Under the pieces are notes generated by a model, which was given only the letters and a program-made list of their open reading frames with translations, was not told the origin of the DNA and searched no databases. A stretch of 64,000 nt of DNA, taken from assembly GCF_964213995.1 (NCBI RefSeq), contig NW_027591173.1, forward strand, positions 1 through 64,000. The letters are read 5' to 3'. Position 1 is the stretch's first letter, and every line of letters begins with the position of its first letter. Position numbers and translations under genes: made by a program. The stretch comes from Mustelus asterias. Taxonomy: Eukaryota. Below are positions 9,177-22,714 of the stretch, piece after piece.

Positions 9177-11450
9177 TGTTAACTAAATTATTTGAGATTA
9201 AATATATACAAATGGAGGGCATTGATTGGATGAGTGCAAATAAAGAGACACTGTCACAGAGTGGAGTTGGGAGGTATGTACTTGTAATGTTTTACTCTGC
9301 AAATAAATCTATTCCAAATAAAGGTTAGCTTCAGTTTCTTCCTTCACCATAACGCTGTCAGGATTATAACATGGTAACAGGGAATGTTTGTCTCATGGTG
9401 AATTTTAAAAACTAAAGGAAAATATATTTCAGGCAGGAGCTTACAATCCCAGTAGCTTTTGTGAGAAATGGTTGAAAGCCAGTGGGAATTGTCAGGGTCT
9501 GATTACCCGCTGATGTTCTTGAAGTCTGAACCACACGATCAATGTAAGAATGAAGTGGAGATGTGGACACGGGTTACATCCCGACTAAGGAGAAAACAAG
9601 GTCTGGCCTTGGCACTGTCACTTCTTGACAAAAAGATCAGAAGCAAAGTATTTTGTGAGCTGGATGTCCATCAGTTGGATACTGATGAAGGTTTGAATCT
9701 TTTATAAAGATTCATTGAGATTTACAAGATAGATGATCTATTGGTTGCCTATGAAGCATAATTGGACTTTGACAGGTTTTGTGTGAGGGTGAAAGCATCT
9801 TTAGTGCGTCTGGATATCGCAACAAAAGACAGGATTGGAACAGCGCTAATAGGTGATTGAACCCCAGCAATGACTGGGGAACTATTAACAGGTGTTTCAG
9901 GTCTGAATGAAAACGTCATCGTGCAAGCATATGAGTTAGGAGCAAGCACTGGCCACTCAGCCCCTCGTGTCTGCTCTGTCGTTCAGTAAGATAATGGCTG
10001 ATCTGATTGTAACCTCAACCCCAAATTCCCACTTACCCCGTTAATCTTTCACCCCCTTGATAATCAAGAATCTATCTCGCTCTGCCTTCAAAATATTCAA
10101 AGGGATTCTGACAGCAACTTTTGAGGAAGAGTTCCAGGAACTCTCAACCCTGTGGAAAAAAAACTTTCCTCATCTCTGCTTTAAATGAACTTATTTTAAA
10201 CAGTAAGCCCTCATTCTCGATTCTCCCACTAGAGGAAACATGCCCTCCACATCCACCCTGTCAAAATGCCTCAGGATCTTATATGTTTCAGTCAAGTTGC
10301 CTCTTACTCATCTAAACTCCAGGGGACAAAACCCTCACCTGTCTAACCTTGCCTCATCATCCCATTCCACAGTGACTGCACCTCGACAGTGTGTGGATCA
10401 GATTGAAGATGTTATCCATATTCACCTCATGGTGAAGAGTGACACAAGGTTAAGGGGTATGAAAGGTTTCCAGTTGGTGATATCAATAGATTGAAGCCAT
10501 TAAAGAGAGTGTTGATTCGATGTAAAGTAGCTGGAGTCAGCACTCCAGGACTGGTGTAGTCTGGTGTGTCTGACAGTGAACCTGCTCAGTTTAATGTTGA
10601 GTGAACCTTCCATGAAAAAGGCACAAATGCAACTGGACATGGAACAAGGTATGATTGTTTACTCAAATCAGGACATTATTGTGTCCTCTTAACAAAACCT
10701 GATGTTTCTAATCCTCGGGTTCGAGAAGGATTCATGGCATCAGGTGAAGAGAAACAGAAAAAAATTACAAATTGTCTTAAAGCTGCACAAACAATTTGCT
10801 CGTCCTATCGAACAAAGATTAAAAACCCTGCTACAAGATGCAAGGTTGGTTGGTGAAGAGTATACGAGACTCAGAACAGATTAGTACAAAGTATCGGACA
10901 AAGCCATTACATCCTTCCCTTGGCTCATGAAGAAGTTGCTGTGCATCTAAAGGTATGAGACAAAGACAGAATTATTTTCATTCTACACTTTATCGATATG
11001 GTAACCCAACTTAGTCTTTCTCCAATAATACATGGTAAGGACAAAAGGGTGATTCTAGAACAAGTCATTGAGAAGTGGACAGGGACTGGACCTGGGGCAC
11101 CAGCTAAGGTTCTGGCTGATAATGGAGGGGAATTTGTTAATGATGAGTTTTGAGATGTGTGTAAAAACATGAACATTCTAGTCAGGAACACAGCAGCTGA
11201 AAGTCCTTTCAGTGATGGACTCTGTGAAAGGAATCACTCGGTGATCGATGAAATGCTGCAGAAAATCTTAGCTGGTCAGCCAAACTGCAAGTTGATAACT
11301 GCACTGGCCTGGACGGTTCATGTAAAGAATTCACTTCAGATGGTTGGAGGGTATAATCCTTGTCAATTGGTTTGGGAGAAATCCCAAATTACCCTCTGTG
11401 CCGGGTGATAAACCTGCTTTCGAAGGGATGACAATTAGCACAATTTTTAT
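9177..11450 (+). mobile_element. Decayed Ty1/Copia-like LTR retrotransposon (5' LTR 9177-9371, PBS, gag and integrase remnants)
   Basis: LTR TGTTA...TAACA with AATAAA, then tggtaacag (tRNA-iMet-like PBS); gag-like NEVEMWTRVT...QGLALALSL; integrase core LADNGGEF...TAAESPFSDGLCERNH; CR1 3' fragment inserted at about 9925-10360. Confidence 0.72.
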
Positions 11451-13476
11451 TCATTTATTATCGAATTGTTTCACTAAAATAATTGCTCGAGCTAAGAAAT
11501 TGTGGATCCTAGAAGAGCGGTGTCTTATAATGTAATACTTTGTACAAAATAAAGACCATCATATTTTTCTTCTACGATTTGTTTTGAAATATTGTTGTGT
11601 GAGTTGTTACAATTCGGGTTGGAAACATTATCGTTTCAAGAGAAATTTAAACACCCAGCGATTAACTGAAAAGATTACATCAGAAGATTGCAGGTTTTTA
11701 AACAAAAACAAACTTTATATATAAAACAAAAGAAATATTAAAAATCAGCATGATCAATTATATTTTATGAAGATTTATGCTGTAAACTCAGTTCTACTTT
11801 TCGACCCCTCTTTAGTTCTGAAGAGTCACGTGGACTCAAAACATGAACTCTATTTTCACTCACCACAGATGCTGTCAGTCCTGAGTGTTTGCAGTATTTT
11901 TCAGCTTTTGTTTGTACTTTTTACACCCCCCCCCCACCCCACCCCACCCCAACAAAAGAGTTCCCTTATATTTAACAATATAGAAACATCAAAACGAGAG
12001 GCAGGAATAGGTCATTTGGCCCTTTGAACCTGCTCCACCATTTATTGTGACCATGGCTGATCATCAACTTCAATATCCTGATCCCTCCCTGCCTCCCTAT
12101 CCCTTGACCCTTTTAGACCCAAGAGCTAGATCTAATTTCTTCTTGAAGGTTCATTCACTTCTGTTCCAGGAACCATCCCAAAGGAATGTCAAAGCTCTCC
12201 AAGATTCACTTCAATTCTCCTCACTTTTCCAGCTATTCTCCAAGCTCCAAGATTTTATGGGGGTCTGACCATTAGCTTTTGATAAAACAACTCTCCAACT
12301 TTCCATTAAGACCTCAAAACTGTGGCCTTCTAAGTTCAAGCATGGGCTTCACTGTGTTCTTCCTGAGGGATTTAAACATTGGGAACACCTCTGATTCCTA
12401 ATGACCTTCTCGGCTCCATGTCCCATAGCTGGTTCACAGCTCCTGGTCCCACAGCTGACGGTTTCCAAGCTAACTGCAGACTGCCTGCTTTCTGTGAGAA
12501 ACACCCAAAATTCCAACCAAGCTCCACCCTGAATCACTTATCCCCATGGTAACAGAGACCAATTGGGATGTCCAATAGATGTTTAAATTAATTAACTTGT
12601 AATTTCAAAACCAAACATGTGACCCTGAGGTCTGCCTGATGAGTTCCCCTCTGTAACAAAGGCAGGACAATAAGTGTCAGACCCAATGGCCCTCATTTTA
12701 CCGGCACGCTCGCCAAGGCTCACAGAACGGCATTCTCCGTTGCCCTCGGGCACGATCTTACGAACCTTGGGCAGGCGGGCGTGCCGGTAAAATTCCGGCA
12801 ATGTCTCCAGGTCTCCTGCTAAAAGAGGCTGAGCCCAGCCCCCTTTTTACAGCATTAGCTGCTGTACTCTGCTCAATAAGAGTTTAAATGTCCCAAATCT
12901 TGCGTTAATTATGCTACTTCCAGCTGATTTGAAAATGTGATTTTCAGTCTCTACAATAATCAAATATCCCGTGGTTGTTTTTTTCTGAATCAAATTACTG
13001 GCAATCTTCTTGAATGAACATGTCAAAACTGAGGGAATTCCCTCTGTGTATTTAATTAGAAATGTCTCACTGTGACTCAAAGAGGAAGAGTCCAGCTGTC
13101 CTTTTACAGTTCTTATCCTTCCAGCTTTGACTCCTTAAATCAACATGGGCCACATCTTGTGATTGCAAAGTCCCTTAGGGTGTTTTTACCAGATTCTCAA
13201 CCCAGATTTTTCATTTTTTTAAAACTAATTCTCAAGCTCAAAGTTAATTTGTAAAACAGGAATGATTCGACAGACACAAACCTCTTCCTCAGGAAGAAAT
13301 GAAAATGTATCACCATCTAAATATCCTATTTAGAATATTACAATTTTCTGTACATATTAATAACAGCCATGATCATATTGAATGGCCGAGCAGCTCAAAG
13401 AGCATCAGCCCACTGGAAGCAAAGTCATGAGATTGGTCAGTCCAGCAGAAAGAAACCCTCCGACCGTCCCACTTTG

Positions 13477-13808
13477 GGGAGGCGATGGCCTAGTGGTATT
13501 ATCGCTGGACTATTAATCCAGAAACGCAGCTAATGTTCTGGGGACATGGGTTCGAATCCCACCACGGCAGATGGTGGAATTTGACTAAAAAATATCTGGA
13601 ATTAAGAATCTACTGATGACCATGAAACCGTTGTCGATGGTCAGCGTTCTTTAGGGAAGGAAATTTGTCGTCCTTACCTGGTCTGGCCGACATGTGATTC
13701 CAGAGCCACAGCAATGTGACTGACACTCAACTGCCCTCTCGAGAGCAACTAGGGATGGGCAATAAATGCTGACCAGCGACACCCATGTCCCACGAATGAA
13801 TAATAAAA
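13477..13808 (+). mobile_element. tRNA-derived SINE, second family
   Basis: A box tggcctagtgg, B box ggttcgaatcc, tail gggcaataaatgctg...gaatgaataataaa; homolog at 52595-52987, partial at 26775-27005. Confidence 0.75.
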
Positions 13809-14022
13809 CTGTCAGAGTGAACATGGTTCAGTTCTGGATGTGAATAACAGCAGCAATAACAGCAGAATCCAGTCCCTGTAATCACTTGTGAACTCGCTGG
13901 TATCTGAACAGATTGGATAACTGAGTGAATGCCATCCTGCACAGACCCAGTGAATGGCCTCTCCCCAACATGAAGACACTGGTGTGTCATAAGGTTGGAT
14001 GAATCAATGATTGCTTTCTCAC

Positions 14023-14631
14023 TCAGCTGAACAGCCTCTCCCTACTGTGAACTCGCTGGTGTGTCTGCAAGTGAGATAATCGATTAAATCTCTTCTCACA
14101 CTCTGGACAGCTGAATGGCCTCTCCCCTGTGTGAACTCGTTCATGTCTCAGCAGGTCAGATGAAGTAGTGAATGCTTTCCCACACTCAGAGCAGGTGAAC
14201 GGTCTCTCCCTGGTGTGAACTCGCTGGTGTATCTGTAGGCTGTAGGAGAGAGAGAATCCCTTTCCACATTCAGAGCAGGTGAATGGCCTCTCCCCAGTGT
14301 GAACTCGCTGGTGTGTCTGCAACTGAGATAACCGACTGAAACTCATCACACACTTGGAGCAGGTAAATGGCCTCTCCCCACTGTGAATTCGCTGGTGTAT
14401 CCGGAGGTTGGAGGAGCGAGAGAATCCCTTTCCACACTGTGAACAGATGAACGGCCTCTCCCCTGTGTGAACCCGCTGGTGTGTCATTAAGTCGGATGAA
14501 TTAGTAAATCCCTTTGCACACTTAGTGCAGGTGAATGGTCTCTCCCCAGTGTGACTGCGCCGATGAATTTCCAGCTCTGAGGGGAATCTGAATCCCTTCC
14601 CACAATGTCCACATTTCCACAGTTTCTCCAT
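14023..14631 (-). CDS. C2H2 zinc-finger protein, 7 fingers
   Basis: 202-aa [13 protein letters not shown]...; stop replaces first Cys of finger 8 and decayed fingers continue to about 13890; acceptor cassette at about 14860-14935. Confidence 0.82.
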   Translation of the reverse strand: MEKLWKCGHCGKGFRFPSELEIHRRSHTGERPFTCTKCAKGFTNSSDLMTHQRVHTGERPFICSQCGKGFSRSSNLRIHQRIHSGERPFTCSKCVMSFSRLSQLQTHQRVHTGERPFTCSECGKGFSLSYSLQIHQRVHTRERPFTCSECGKAFTTSSDLLRHERVHTGERPFSCPECEKRFNRLSHLQTHQRVHSRERLFS

Positions 14632-15599
14632 GGTGCCAGTGTCCTTGTATCTCTCCAGGTTTGCTGATTAGTTGCGGTTGGTGTGTGTGTATGTGTTACA
14701 CCAATGTTTAAAATCTTTTCAAGCAGATAAAAGAGAGAAATATTTCTCCTGGACTCAAATGCCGATAATATTCTGGTACCAATAATCAAACAATTCTGTT
14801 AATTCTTCACTTGATGTTTCCTTTGAGATTTCAATCTGTAAATCCTTCCCTCCATTATCCTGTAAAAGGAGTTGACAAAAGTCATCACCGTCAGTACTGG
14901 ATAGAAATTCAGAACAGATAATTCTGAATATAACTGGACTAAAAACATGTGGTATACAATGCTGCATTTCTTAATTAGATAGGTGATGGGAAGGAGATTT
15001 GAGAAAACTATATTTACTCCAGATTTTAAAAGCAATCTTTCTGAATTGTAATGTCTCTTTGACTGGAACTATATAACATAACTACATGCTATAATTACAA
15101 GAATAAAACAATGAATCTTATTACCGAAACATAAATATACCAAATATATGAACACAAGTTATATCTCTGTTGTGACTAATCTAAAAAGTAAACAAATTTC
15201 CAGAAAGTTCCAATGGAATACTGAAGGACAAGGTTTCACATTTTAAAAAATACTTTACAAATCAATCGAAAACCAGCATCACTAAATCATGCAAAGAGAG
15301 AAACACTATTTGAATGCACAAGATAAATTACACTTTAAAAAGCTCAGACAATAAAAACAGGTTTCACAAAATCACAAACATTTCCCCCTCAGTATATTTG
15401 GCTCTAATTCCAGTTACATAGTCCCACAACTCTCTGTAATTCCCAGGGGGAGAAAGAAAGTGTTTTACTCACAGCTGTTGTCCAGAGGATGAAGTTTGAG
15501 TCTGTGTGTGAAGTTTGAGTCTGTGTGTGAAGTTTGAGTCTGTGGTGAAGCTACAAACAGAAGCTGTTCTGTTTCAAATCAAACTGCGGGACTTGGAAG

Positions 15600-16090
15600 A
15601 AAATGATGGGAAGAGATTTTGCAAAGTCCCCTCCCCCACTCCCTCAGCTGGCAGCCCAGCACGCAGGCGCAGAGAGCGCTGCTGAGCCGAGCTGTCCGGA
15701 GCAGGCGCAGAGAGCGCTGCTGAGCCGAGCTGTCCGGAGCAGGCGCAGAGAGCGCTGCTCAGCCGAGCTGTCCGGAGCAGGCGCAGTGCGGCTGCCGCCA
15801 GCGGTCGCTCTCGATCTCTTTTTGGAGCAGCAGCCGCCGTAGAGAGAGGGGGGAGGGGGAGATCACCGAGCGGCTTCTCGCTCTGGCCGGAGCCGCCAGC
15901 CGGTTGCCCGGAAACCTTGGCTCGAGGAGGTGCAGGGGGAGGGGAACAATGAGTGGGGGCGGGGCTCCCGTGTCCGCTCGCCCGGGCCTGCGCACTGGAA
16001 CCCGAGGATGTCACTGCGGTGCAGACTGATTCCTATTGGCTGATATAGGCAGGCCTCCATTGACATCACAATGCGGAAGTTGTCCAATGA
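15600..16090. promoter_or_regulatory. CpG-island bidirectional promoter between divergent ZNF genes
   Basis: GC-rich, GC box, ATTGG/CCAAT, cggaagt; minus-strand donor gtgagt at about 15471. Confidence 0.65.
15664..15787. repeat. 38-bp tandem repeat x3 within promoter
   Basis: caggcgcagagagcgctgctgagccgagctgtccggag at 15664, 15702, 15740, partial 15778. Confidence 0.9.
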
Positions 16091-16842
16091 GCTTCAGAGT
16101 GAAACTTCCTCCTCTGGACAACATCAGGGAGGAAATCAATGTTTCCCCCTTTCCATTTCTTTTCTCATTCTGGGGGAAATTGGGGACTCGCAGCAACTGA
16201 AGGGAGAGGAAGTGAATTCAGGGAGGCTGCAGACTGGAACTATTACAGACGAACATCGGAATTAGGAGCAGGACGAGACCCAGGTATCTTTTTCTTTCTC
16301 TCTCTCAAAGATATTGACATCTTTTGGCTCCCTCAGGTTGTCACATTTATTTGTCTGACAAGATAACCTCTTACCTAATGTTCACAATTAAAGGGGGAGT
16401 TTTCCCAGGAGAAGACTGTTTAAATGAACAGTAAATTCGCTTGGGACAGAGATATGTTTAATGTAGTTATATGGTACGTGCTATGTTATTTATGATTCCC
16501 TATTTCTTGTCTTGACATATAAAAGGCACTGTGTCAACATTACCTATTTCCACTGATGGAGACATTCCAACATAGAAGGAATCCATTTGGCAATTCAAAT
16601 CCATGCCAACCCTCTGTGGAGCAATTCAGTCAGTCCCATTCCCTCTCTGTACTCCCATTCCCCTGAGTTTCACATCACAATGGAATGGATGAGAATTCCA
16701 GATGAGCTGAGACTGGGGTGGAGTCGGGTGATGTTACTGAGGTGGAAATAGTGATAATGATGTGGATGTGTGGCTGGAAGCTCATCTTGGGGTGAAATAT
16801 TTCACCAGGGTTGTGAACAGCCTGTTTCAGGTCAGACATGTT

Positions 16843-18124
16843 TGTGATTTATATAAACGATCTGGAAGAAGGTGTAACTGGGGTGATCAGTAAGTTTGCG
16901 GACGACACAAAATTGGCAGGACTTGCAGATAGTGAGGAATCATAGAAACCCTACAGTGCAGAAGGAGGCCATTCGGCCCATCAAGTCTGCACCGACCACA
17001 ATCCCACCCAGGCCCTACCCCCACATATTTACCCGCTAACCTACGCATCTCAGGACTCTAAGGGGCAATTTTTAACCTGGCCAATCAACCTAACCCGCAC
17101 ACCGTTGGACTGTGGGAGGAAACCGGAGCTCCCGGAGGAAACCCACGCAGACACGAGGAGAATGTGCAAACTCCACACAGACAGTGACCCGAGCCACGAA
17201 TCGAACCCAGGACCCTGGAGCTGTGAAGCAGCAGTGCTAACCACTGTGCTACCATGCCGCTCCTTAGAGGAGCATTGTCAGAAGCTACAGAAGGATATAG
17301 ATAGGCTGGAAATTTGGGCAAAGAAATGGCAGATGGAGTTCAATCCTGATAAATGCGAAGTGATGCATTTTGGTAGAAATAATGTAGGGAGAAGCTATAC
17401 GATAAATGGCAGAACCATAAAGGGTGTAGATACGCAGAGGGACCTGGGTGTGCAAGTCCACAGATCCTTGAAGGTGACGTCACAGGTGGAGAAGGTGGTG
17501 AAGAAGGCATATGGCATGCTTGCCTTTATAGGACGGGGCATAGAGTATAAAAGTTGGGGTCTGATGTTGCAGATGTATAGAACGTTGCTTCGGCCACATT
17601 TGGAATACTGCATCTAGTTCTGGTCGCCACACTATCAGAAGGATGTGGAGGCTTTGGAGAGAGTACAGAGGAGGTTTACCAGGATGTTGCCTGGTATGGA
17701 GGGGCTTAGTTATGTGGAAAGATTGGGTAAACTGGGGTTGTTCTCACTGGAAAGACGGAGGATGAGGGGAGACTTAATAGAGGTGTATAAAATTATGAAA
17801 GGCATAGATAGGGTGAACGGTGAGAAGCTTTTCCCCAGGTCGGTGGTGACGTTCACGAGGGGTCATAGGTTCAAGGTGAAGGGGGGGTGGTTCAACACAG
17901 ATATCAGAAGGACATATTTTACACAGAGGGTGGTGGGGGCCTGGAATACGCTGCCAGGCAAGGTGGTGGAGGCAGACACACTGGGAACGTTTAAGACTTA
18001 TCTAGATAGCCATATGAACGGAGTGGGAATGGAGGGATACAAAAGAATGGTCTAGTTTGGACCAGGGAGCGGCACGGGCTTGGAGGGCCGAAGGGCCTGT
18101 TCCTGTGCTGTATTGTTCTTTGTT
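16843..18124 (+). mobile_element. Young CR1 LINE, 5'-truncated, with SINE inserted
   Basis: FVIYINDLEEGVTGVISKFADDT...EGYKRMV; target duplication GACATGTT at 16835-16842 and 19106-19113. Confidence 0.9.
16938..17265 (-). mobile_element. HE1-type V-SINE inserted in CR1
   Basis: Full SINE flanked by gagga duplication. Confidence 0.88.
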
Positions 18125-19097
18125 AGAACCATAGAAAATTACAGCTCAGAAACATGCCTTTTGGCTCTTCTTGTCTGTGCCGAACCATTTTTTGCCTCGT
18201 CCCACTGACCTGCACTTGGACCATATCCCTCCACACCCTTCTCATCCATGAACCCGTCCAAGTTTTTCTTAAATGTTAAAAGTGACCCCGCATTTACCAC
18301 TTTATCCGGCAGCTCATTCCACACTCCCACCACTCTCTGCATGAAGAAGCCCCCCCTAATATTCCCTTTAAACTTTTCTCCTTTCATCCTTAACCCATGC
18401 CCTCTGGTTTTTTTCTCCCCTAGCCTCAGTGGAAAAAGCCTGCTTGCGTTCACTCTATCTATACCCATCAAAATCTTATACACCTCTATCAAATCTCCCC
18501 TCAATCTTCTACGCTCCAGGGAATAAAGTCCCAACCTATTCAATCTCTCTCTGTAACTCAGCTTCTCAAGTCCCGGCAACATCCTTGTGAACCTTCTCTG
18601 CACTCTTTCAACCTTATTTATATCGTTCCTGTAACTCGGTGACCAAAACTGTACACAATACTCCAAATTTGGCCTCACCAATGCCTTATATAACCTTACC
18701 ATAACACTCCAACTTTTATACTCGATACTCCGATTTATAAAGGCCAATGTACCAAAGGCACTCTTTACGACCCTATCCACCTGTGATGTCACTTTTAGGG
18801 AATTCTGTACCTGTATTCCCAGATCCCTCTATTCAACTGCACTCTTCAGAGTCCTACCATTTACCCTGTACGTTCTACTTTGGTTTGTCCTTCCAAAATG
18901 CAATATCTCACACTTGTCTGCGTTAAATTCCATTTGCCATTTTTCAGCCCATTTTTCTAGTTGGTCCAAATCCCTCTGCAAGCTTTGAAAACCTTCCTCA
19001 CTGTCCACGACACCTCCAATCTTTGTATCATCAGCAAACTTGCTGATCCAATTTACCACATTATCATCCAGATCATTGATATAGATGACAAACAACA
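18125..19097 (-). mobile_element. CR1 LINE (another subfamily) inserted in the tail of the previous CR1
   Basis: LFVIYINDLDDNVVNWISKFADDT...RPNLEYCVQFWSP. Confidence 0.9.
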
Positions 19098-19884
19098 TGT
19101 TCTTTGACATGTTGCCAGGAAGAGGGATAGAGTTGTTGGCAAGCGAGTGGAGTTTGGAGAGGGGCTGAAGACAGTGGGTTCAGTCTTCCCAGTATTTATA
19201 CGAAAGAAATTTCTGTTTGTTTAGTACTGGAAGTCAGATAAGTCAGGATGGTGTGTGAGTTGGGGGAACTCGGAGGTGATGGTGTTTATACCCATCTGCT
19301 ATCTCGGTCCTTCTTGTTGGTGAAGTTGAGGGTTTGTGAGATTCTGTCAAAGTTCTTGTCAAGTTGTAGATGTATAAAATCCCTTGCCTTCACCTCAGCC
19401 ACTCCTACTTCTCTCTATCTCCTCCCAAAGTGCCAAAAGAGTCTTATGTCGACCCAGGCTGTGTGGCAGGTTTCATTCCCTGAAGGATATCAGTGAACCA
19501 GTTGGGTTTGTATGACAATCCAGCAGCTTTCTTGGTTACCCTTTCCTCACGGCAGCTCCACAAATGAGCAGATTCATTCAGCTCAATTTCACAACCCACC
19601 GTTGTGTTTTTGTGGGTTCTTTCTCACTCACTTTTTTCTGTTTTAAATCAATTTCACAGGGGTTTACAAGAAGAAGATTTGCAGTTGAGAAACTGAAACA
19701 AAATATGATATCAGAATCTGATGAGTCGGCCAATTTATTGTAACCTGAATATCATTGTATTTTGAAATTGGAAGAAAAAAGCACCGTTCACAGTGGAGAG
19801 AAACTGTACACGTGTTCTGTTTGTGGACAAGACTTCAACCAATCATCTGGCCTTTGGGAACATAATTGCAGTCACAACAGGGAA

Positions 19885-20646
19885 ATGGCATGGAAGTGTG
19901 AGGATTGTGGGAAGGAATTCAATTACCCATCCCTGCTGGAAACTCATCGACGCAGTCACACTGGGGAGAGGCCATTCACCTGCTCCCAGTGTGGGAAGGG
20001 ATTCACTCAGTTATCCAGCTTAAATATACACCAGAGGACTCATGCTGAGGAGAGGCCGTTTACCTGCTCCCAATGTGGGAAGGGATTCAATCAGTCATCC
20101 AACCTAGCAATACACCAGCGAGTTCACACTGGGGAGAAACCGTTCACCTGCTCTGAATGTGGGAAGGGATTTGCTGACTCATCTACTTTGTTGAAATACC
20201 AGCGAGTTCACACTGGGGAGAGGCCATTCACCTGTTCCCAGTGTGGAAAGGGATTTGCTCAGTCAGCCACCTTGTTCACACACCAGCGAATTCACACTGG
20301 GGAGAGGCCATTCACCTGCTCTGTGTGTGGGAAAGGATTCAGTCGGTCATCAACTCTGCTGACACACCAGCGAGTTCACACTGGGGAGAAACCATTCATC
20401 TGCTCTGTGTGCGGGAAAGGCTTCAATCACTCATCCAACCTAGCAACACATGAGCGAATCCACACAGAGGAGAGGCCATTCATCTGCTGTGTGTGTGAGA
20501 AGGGATTCAATCAGTTGTCTAAACTAGCAATACATCAGCGGGTTCACACTGGGGAGAGGCCATTCACCTGCTTGCAGTGTGGGAAGGGATACGTTACCTC
20601 ATCGAATCTTCTGACGCACCAGCGAATTCACAATGAACTATTGTGA
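19885..20646 (+). CDS. C2H2 zinc-finger protein, 9 fingers from first ATG (frame open from 19762 with one more finger)
   Basis: Open frame; paralogous start aacATGgaa is aaaTTGgaa here; one finger has His->Tyr (LLKYQRVH). Confidence 0.8.
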   Translation: MAWKCEDCGKEFNYPSLLETHRRSHTGERPFTCSQCGKGFTQLSSLNIHQRTHAEERPFTCSQCGKGFNQSSNLAIHQRVHTGEKPFTCSECGKGFADSSTLLKYQRVHTGERPFTCSQCGKGFAQSATLFTHQRIHTGERPFTCSVCGKGFSRSSTLLTHQRVHTGEKPFICSVCGKGFNHSSNLATHERIHTEERPFICCVCEKGFNQLSKLAIHQRVHTGERPFTCLQCGKGYVTSSNLLTHQRIHNELL

Positions 20647-20659
20647 TTGGATTTCAAAT

Positions 20660-21425
20660 TAGGGAGAAACCATGAAAATGTGCAGACTGTGAGGAGAGTT
20701 TCAGTTACTGTGAGAGCTGGAAGCACCGGGGACTGTTTGAAGATGGAGGGTTTCTACAAACTGCTCTAAGACTTGTCTTCTCTCTGAAAGCTTCAGGACA
20801 GTCTATACTCATTATAGCAAGTATATTTATGTTTTCTAACTGTAACTGAAGTGGGATCTACATCTCTGAGGAATGTTGCATATTTGGAACTGAAATTGTG
20901 CTAAATTAAAAATTAAAGTTGTTTCCTTTCACTGTTAAATATTGTTCAACAGTTAATAGTTAAGCTGCTTCATTTTTTGGAATTATATTTAAGCTGTTGT
21001 TAAATAAAGTTTGTTTTACCATGAAAGATTCCTAATTTGTCAGTGGAATTACTCCTGGAGTGAAGCATCCTATCCTCACATTTATGCCAAAATAGAAAGA
21101 TTTGTTTGGATCTAATCTGGCTTCCTAACATAATTTATGGGTTCTGGTCCAGGACACTTTTGGAAGGGATTCAGTCCATAATCTACCCTCCAACCATCCC
21201 CGCTTCACACTGGGGAGAGACCTTTTAAATGCCCAGACTGTGAGAACTGCTATAAAAGCTGTAGAGAACTGATGTCTCATCAACGTGTTCACACTGATGA
21301 GAGACCATTCAGCTGCTTTTACTGTGAGACGTGGTTCAGGGAATCATTCCAACTCCCTGTACACCAGCGAGTTCACACTGGGGAGAGGCTATTCACCTGC
21401 TCTGAGTTTGGGAAGAGATCCACTC
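20660..21425 (+). pseudogene. ZNF remnant split by an LTR-like insert (about 20725-21155)
   Basis: ggagaaaccatgaaaatgtgcagactgt...; resumes ggaagggattcagtc...cacactggggagaga with stops. Confidence 0.6.
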
Positions 21426-22714
21426 AGTTTTGAGATTCGATTTCCAGTATCTGCAGTATCTTATTTTGATCTGATTTTTTGTTTGATTTATTATTGTCGC
21501 ATGTATTGGGATCCAGTGAACAGTATTGTTTCTTGCGCGCCATACAGACAAAGCCTACCGTTCCAGCATTTTCTGTTTTAGTTCCTTTTGAAGGGTTCTC
21601 CCTCTCTCCTCCATCCTCACCGACAACAAGAAGTCTGAGGAGCTCATGGAGCTCCTTTGTCACTAAAATGGAGACAACCTGATCAGCTGCCTCTGTTGTT
21701 TCCCTCCCTTCCACTGGGTCAAACTGTGTCTAACAATTTTCCCAAGCTTAAACTCATCTTTCTTTAGTTTCTCTCTGTCAAGCAGTAGATTTAGTAATCT
21801 ATATTTGTATTATTGGATATTAGAAATAAGGTATAGATTTAAGTGAGTTTAATTCGGTGTTTCTGTGTACAGAAGGGTTAAAACTTTCATAGATTAATGT
21901 TAAATAAAGGTGTTTGCATGTATGAGGTTTTGGTTTCATTTCAAACTGTGCCCGTATTCTGTTTAGAGAATTTACAATGTGAAAACACACAAGTGTAAAA
22001 AAAGATTAGGTTGTTACTTGGCAACCAGTGGCCATTTTGGGTTCGAAAGAATTTCTGAGTTAGCTGAAGAGGAAACTGCCAGAAACACTGGGCAGAACAA
22101 TGGAGTAAGGACAAGAAAGAAAGTCCCAGAAGTTTAAGAACAGATAGTTCTAGAAACCAGGGCATGAAAAAAGTCTGAGGAAAACTGAAGTCAAAGGGAA
22201 TCTGAACAAGATACTGTTCCCTGAAGTTAAAGAAAGGGGCAAAGAGTGGTTTCCAGTTAAAGGCAACACACATGGTGACGTTAGCTGGTGAAAAGCCAGA
22301 CTCTGAAGTAATCCTAAGGTTGAGGACTTTGGTACCACCTGTGAAACAGTAGTGTTCTGTTGGCATGGCTGGGTACCTGAGAGATTACGTGGAAGCTTGA
22401 ATGCATGTGATAATCTAAGGCAGAAAAATAGTGAAAGGAGAGATTGAAATCCTGGAAGTGGATCCTTGCTGAAAAGATCTGAGAGAGCGCATTGTTTGGG
22501 AGAACATTTTCGAGAGTGGATCTGGTTGATGAAAATTTCTGTGCACCAATTTCAATGACAATGTTACAATTCGTGACGTTACACATGACAGAATCTCAGT
22601 GTGATTACTCAGCATCAGGTTATACTCTGAACCGGTGCAGTGCAAATGTTGGAACTTACTGATCAGGAACCGGTCAGAGATTACATTGAATCACAGAGAA
22701 TTCTCTAATTCTTG

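Noticed and set aside
21720-22630. Possible LTR-like sequence (also about 11575-12850 and 20725-21155)
   Set aside because: Composition is suggestive, but termini and target duplications could not be established by eye
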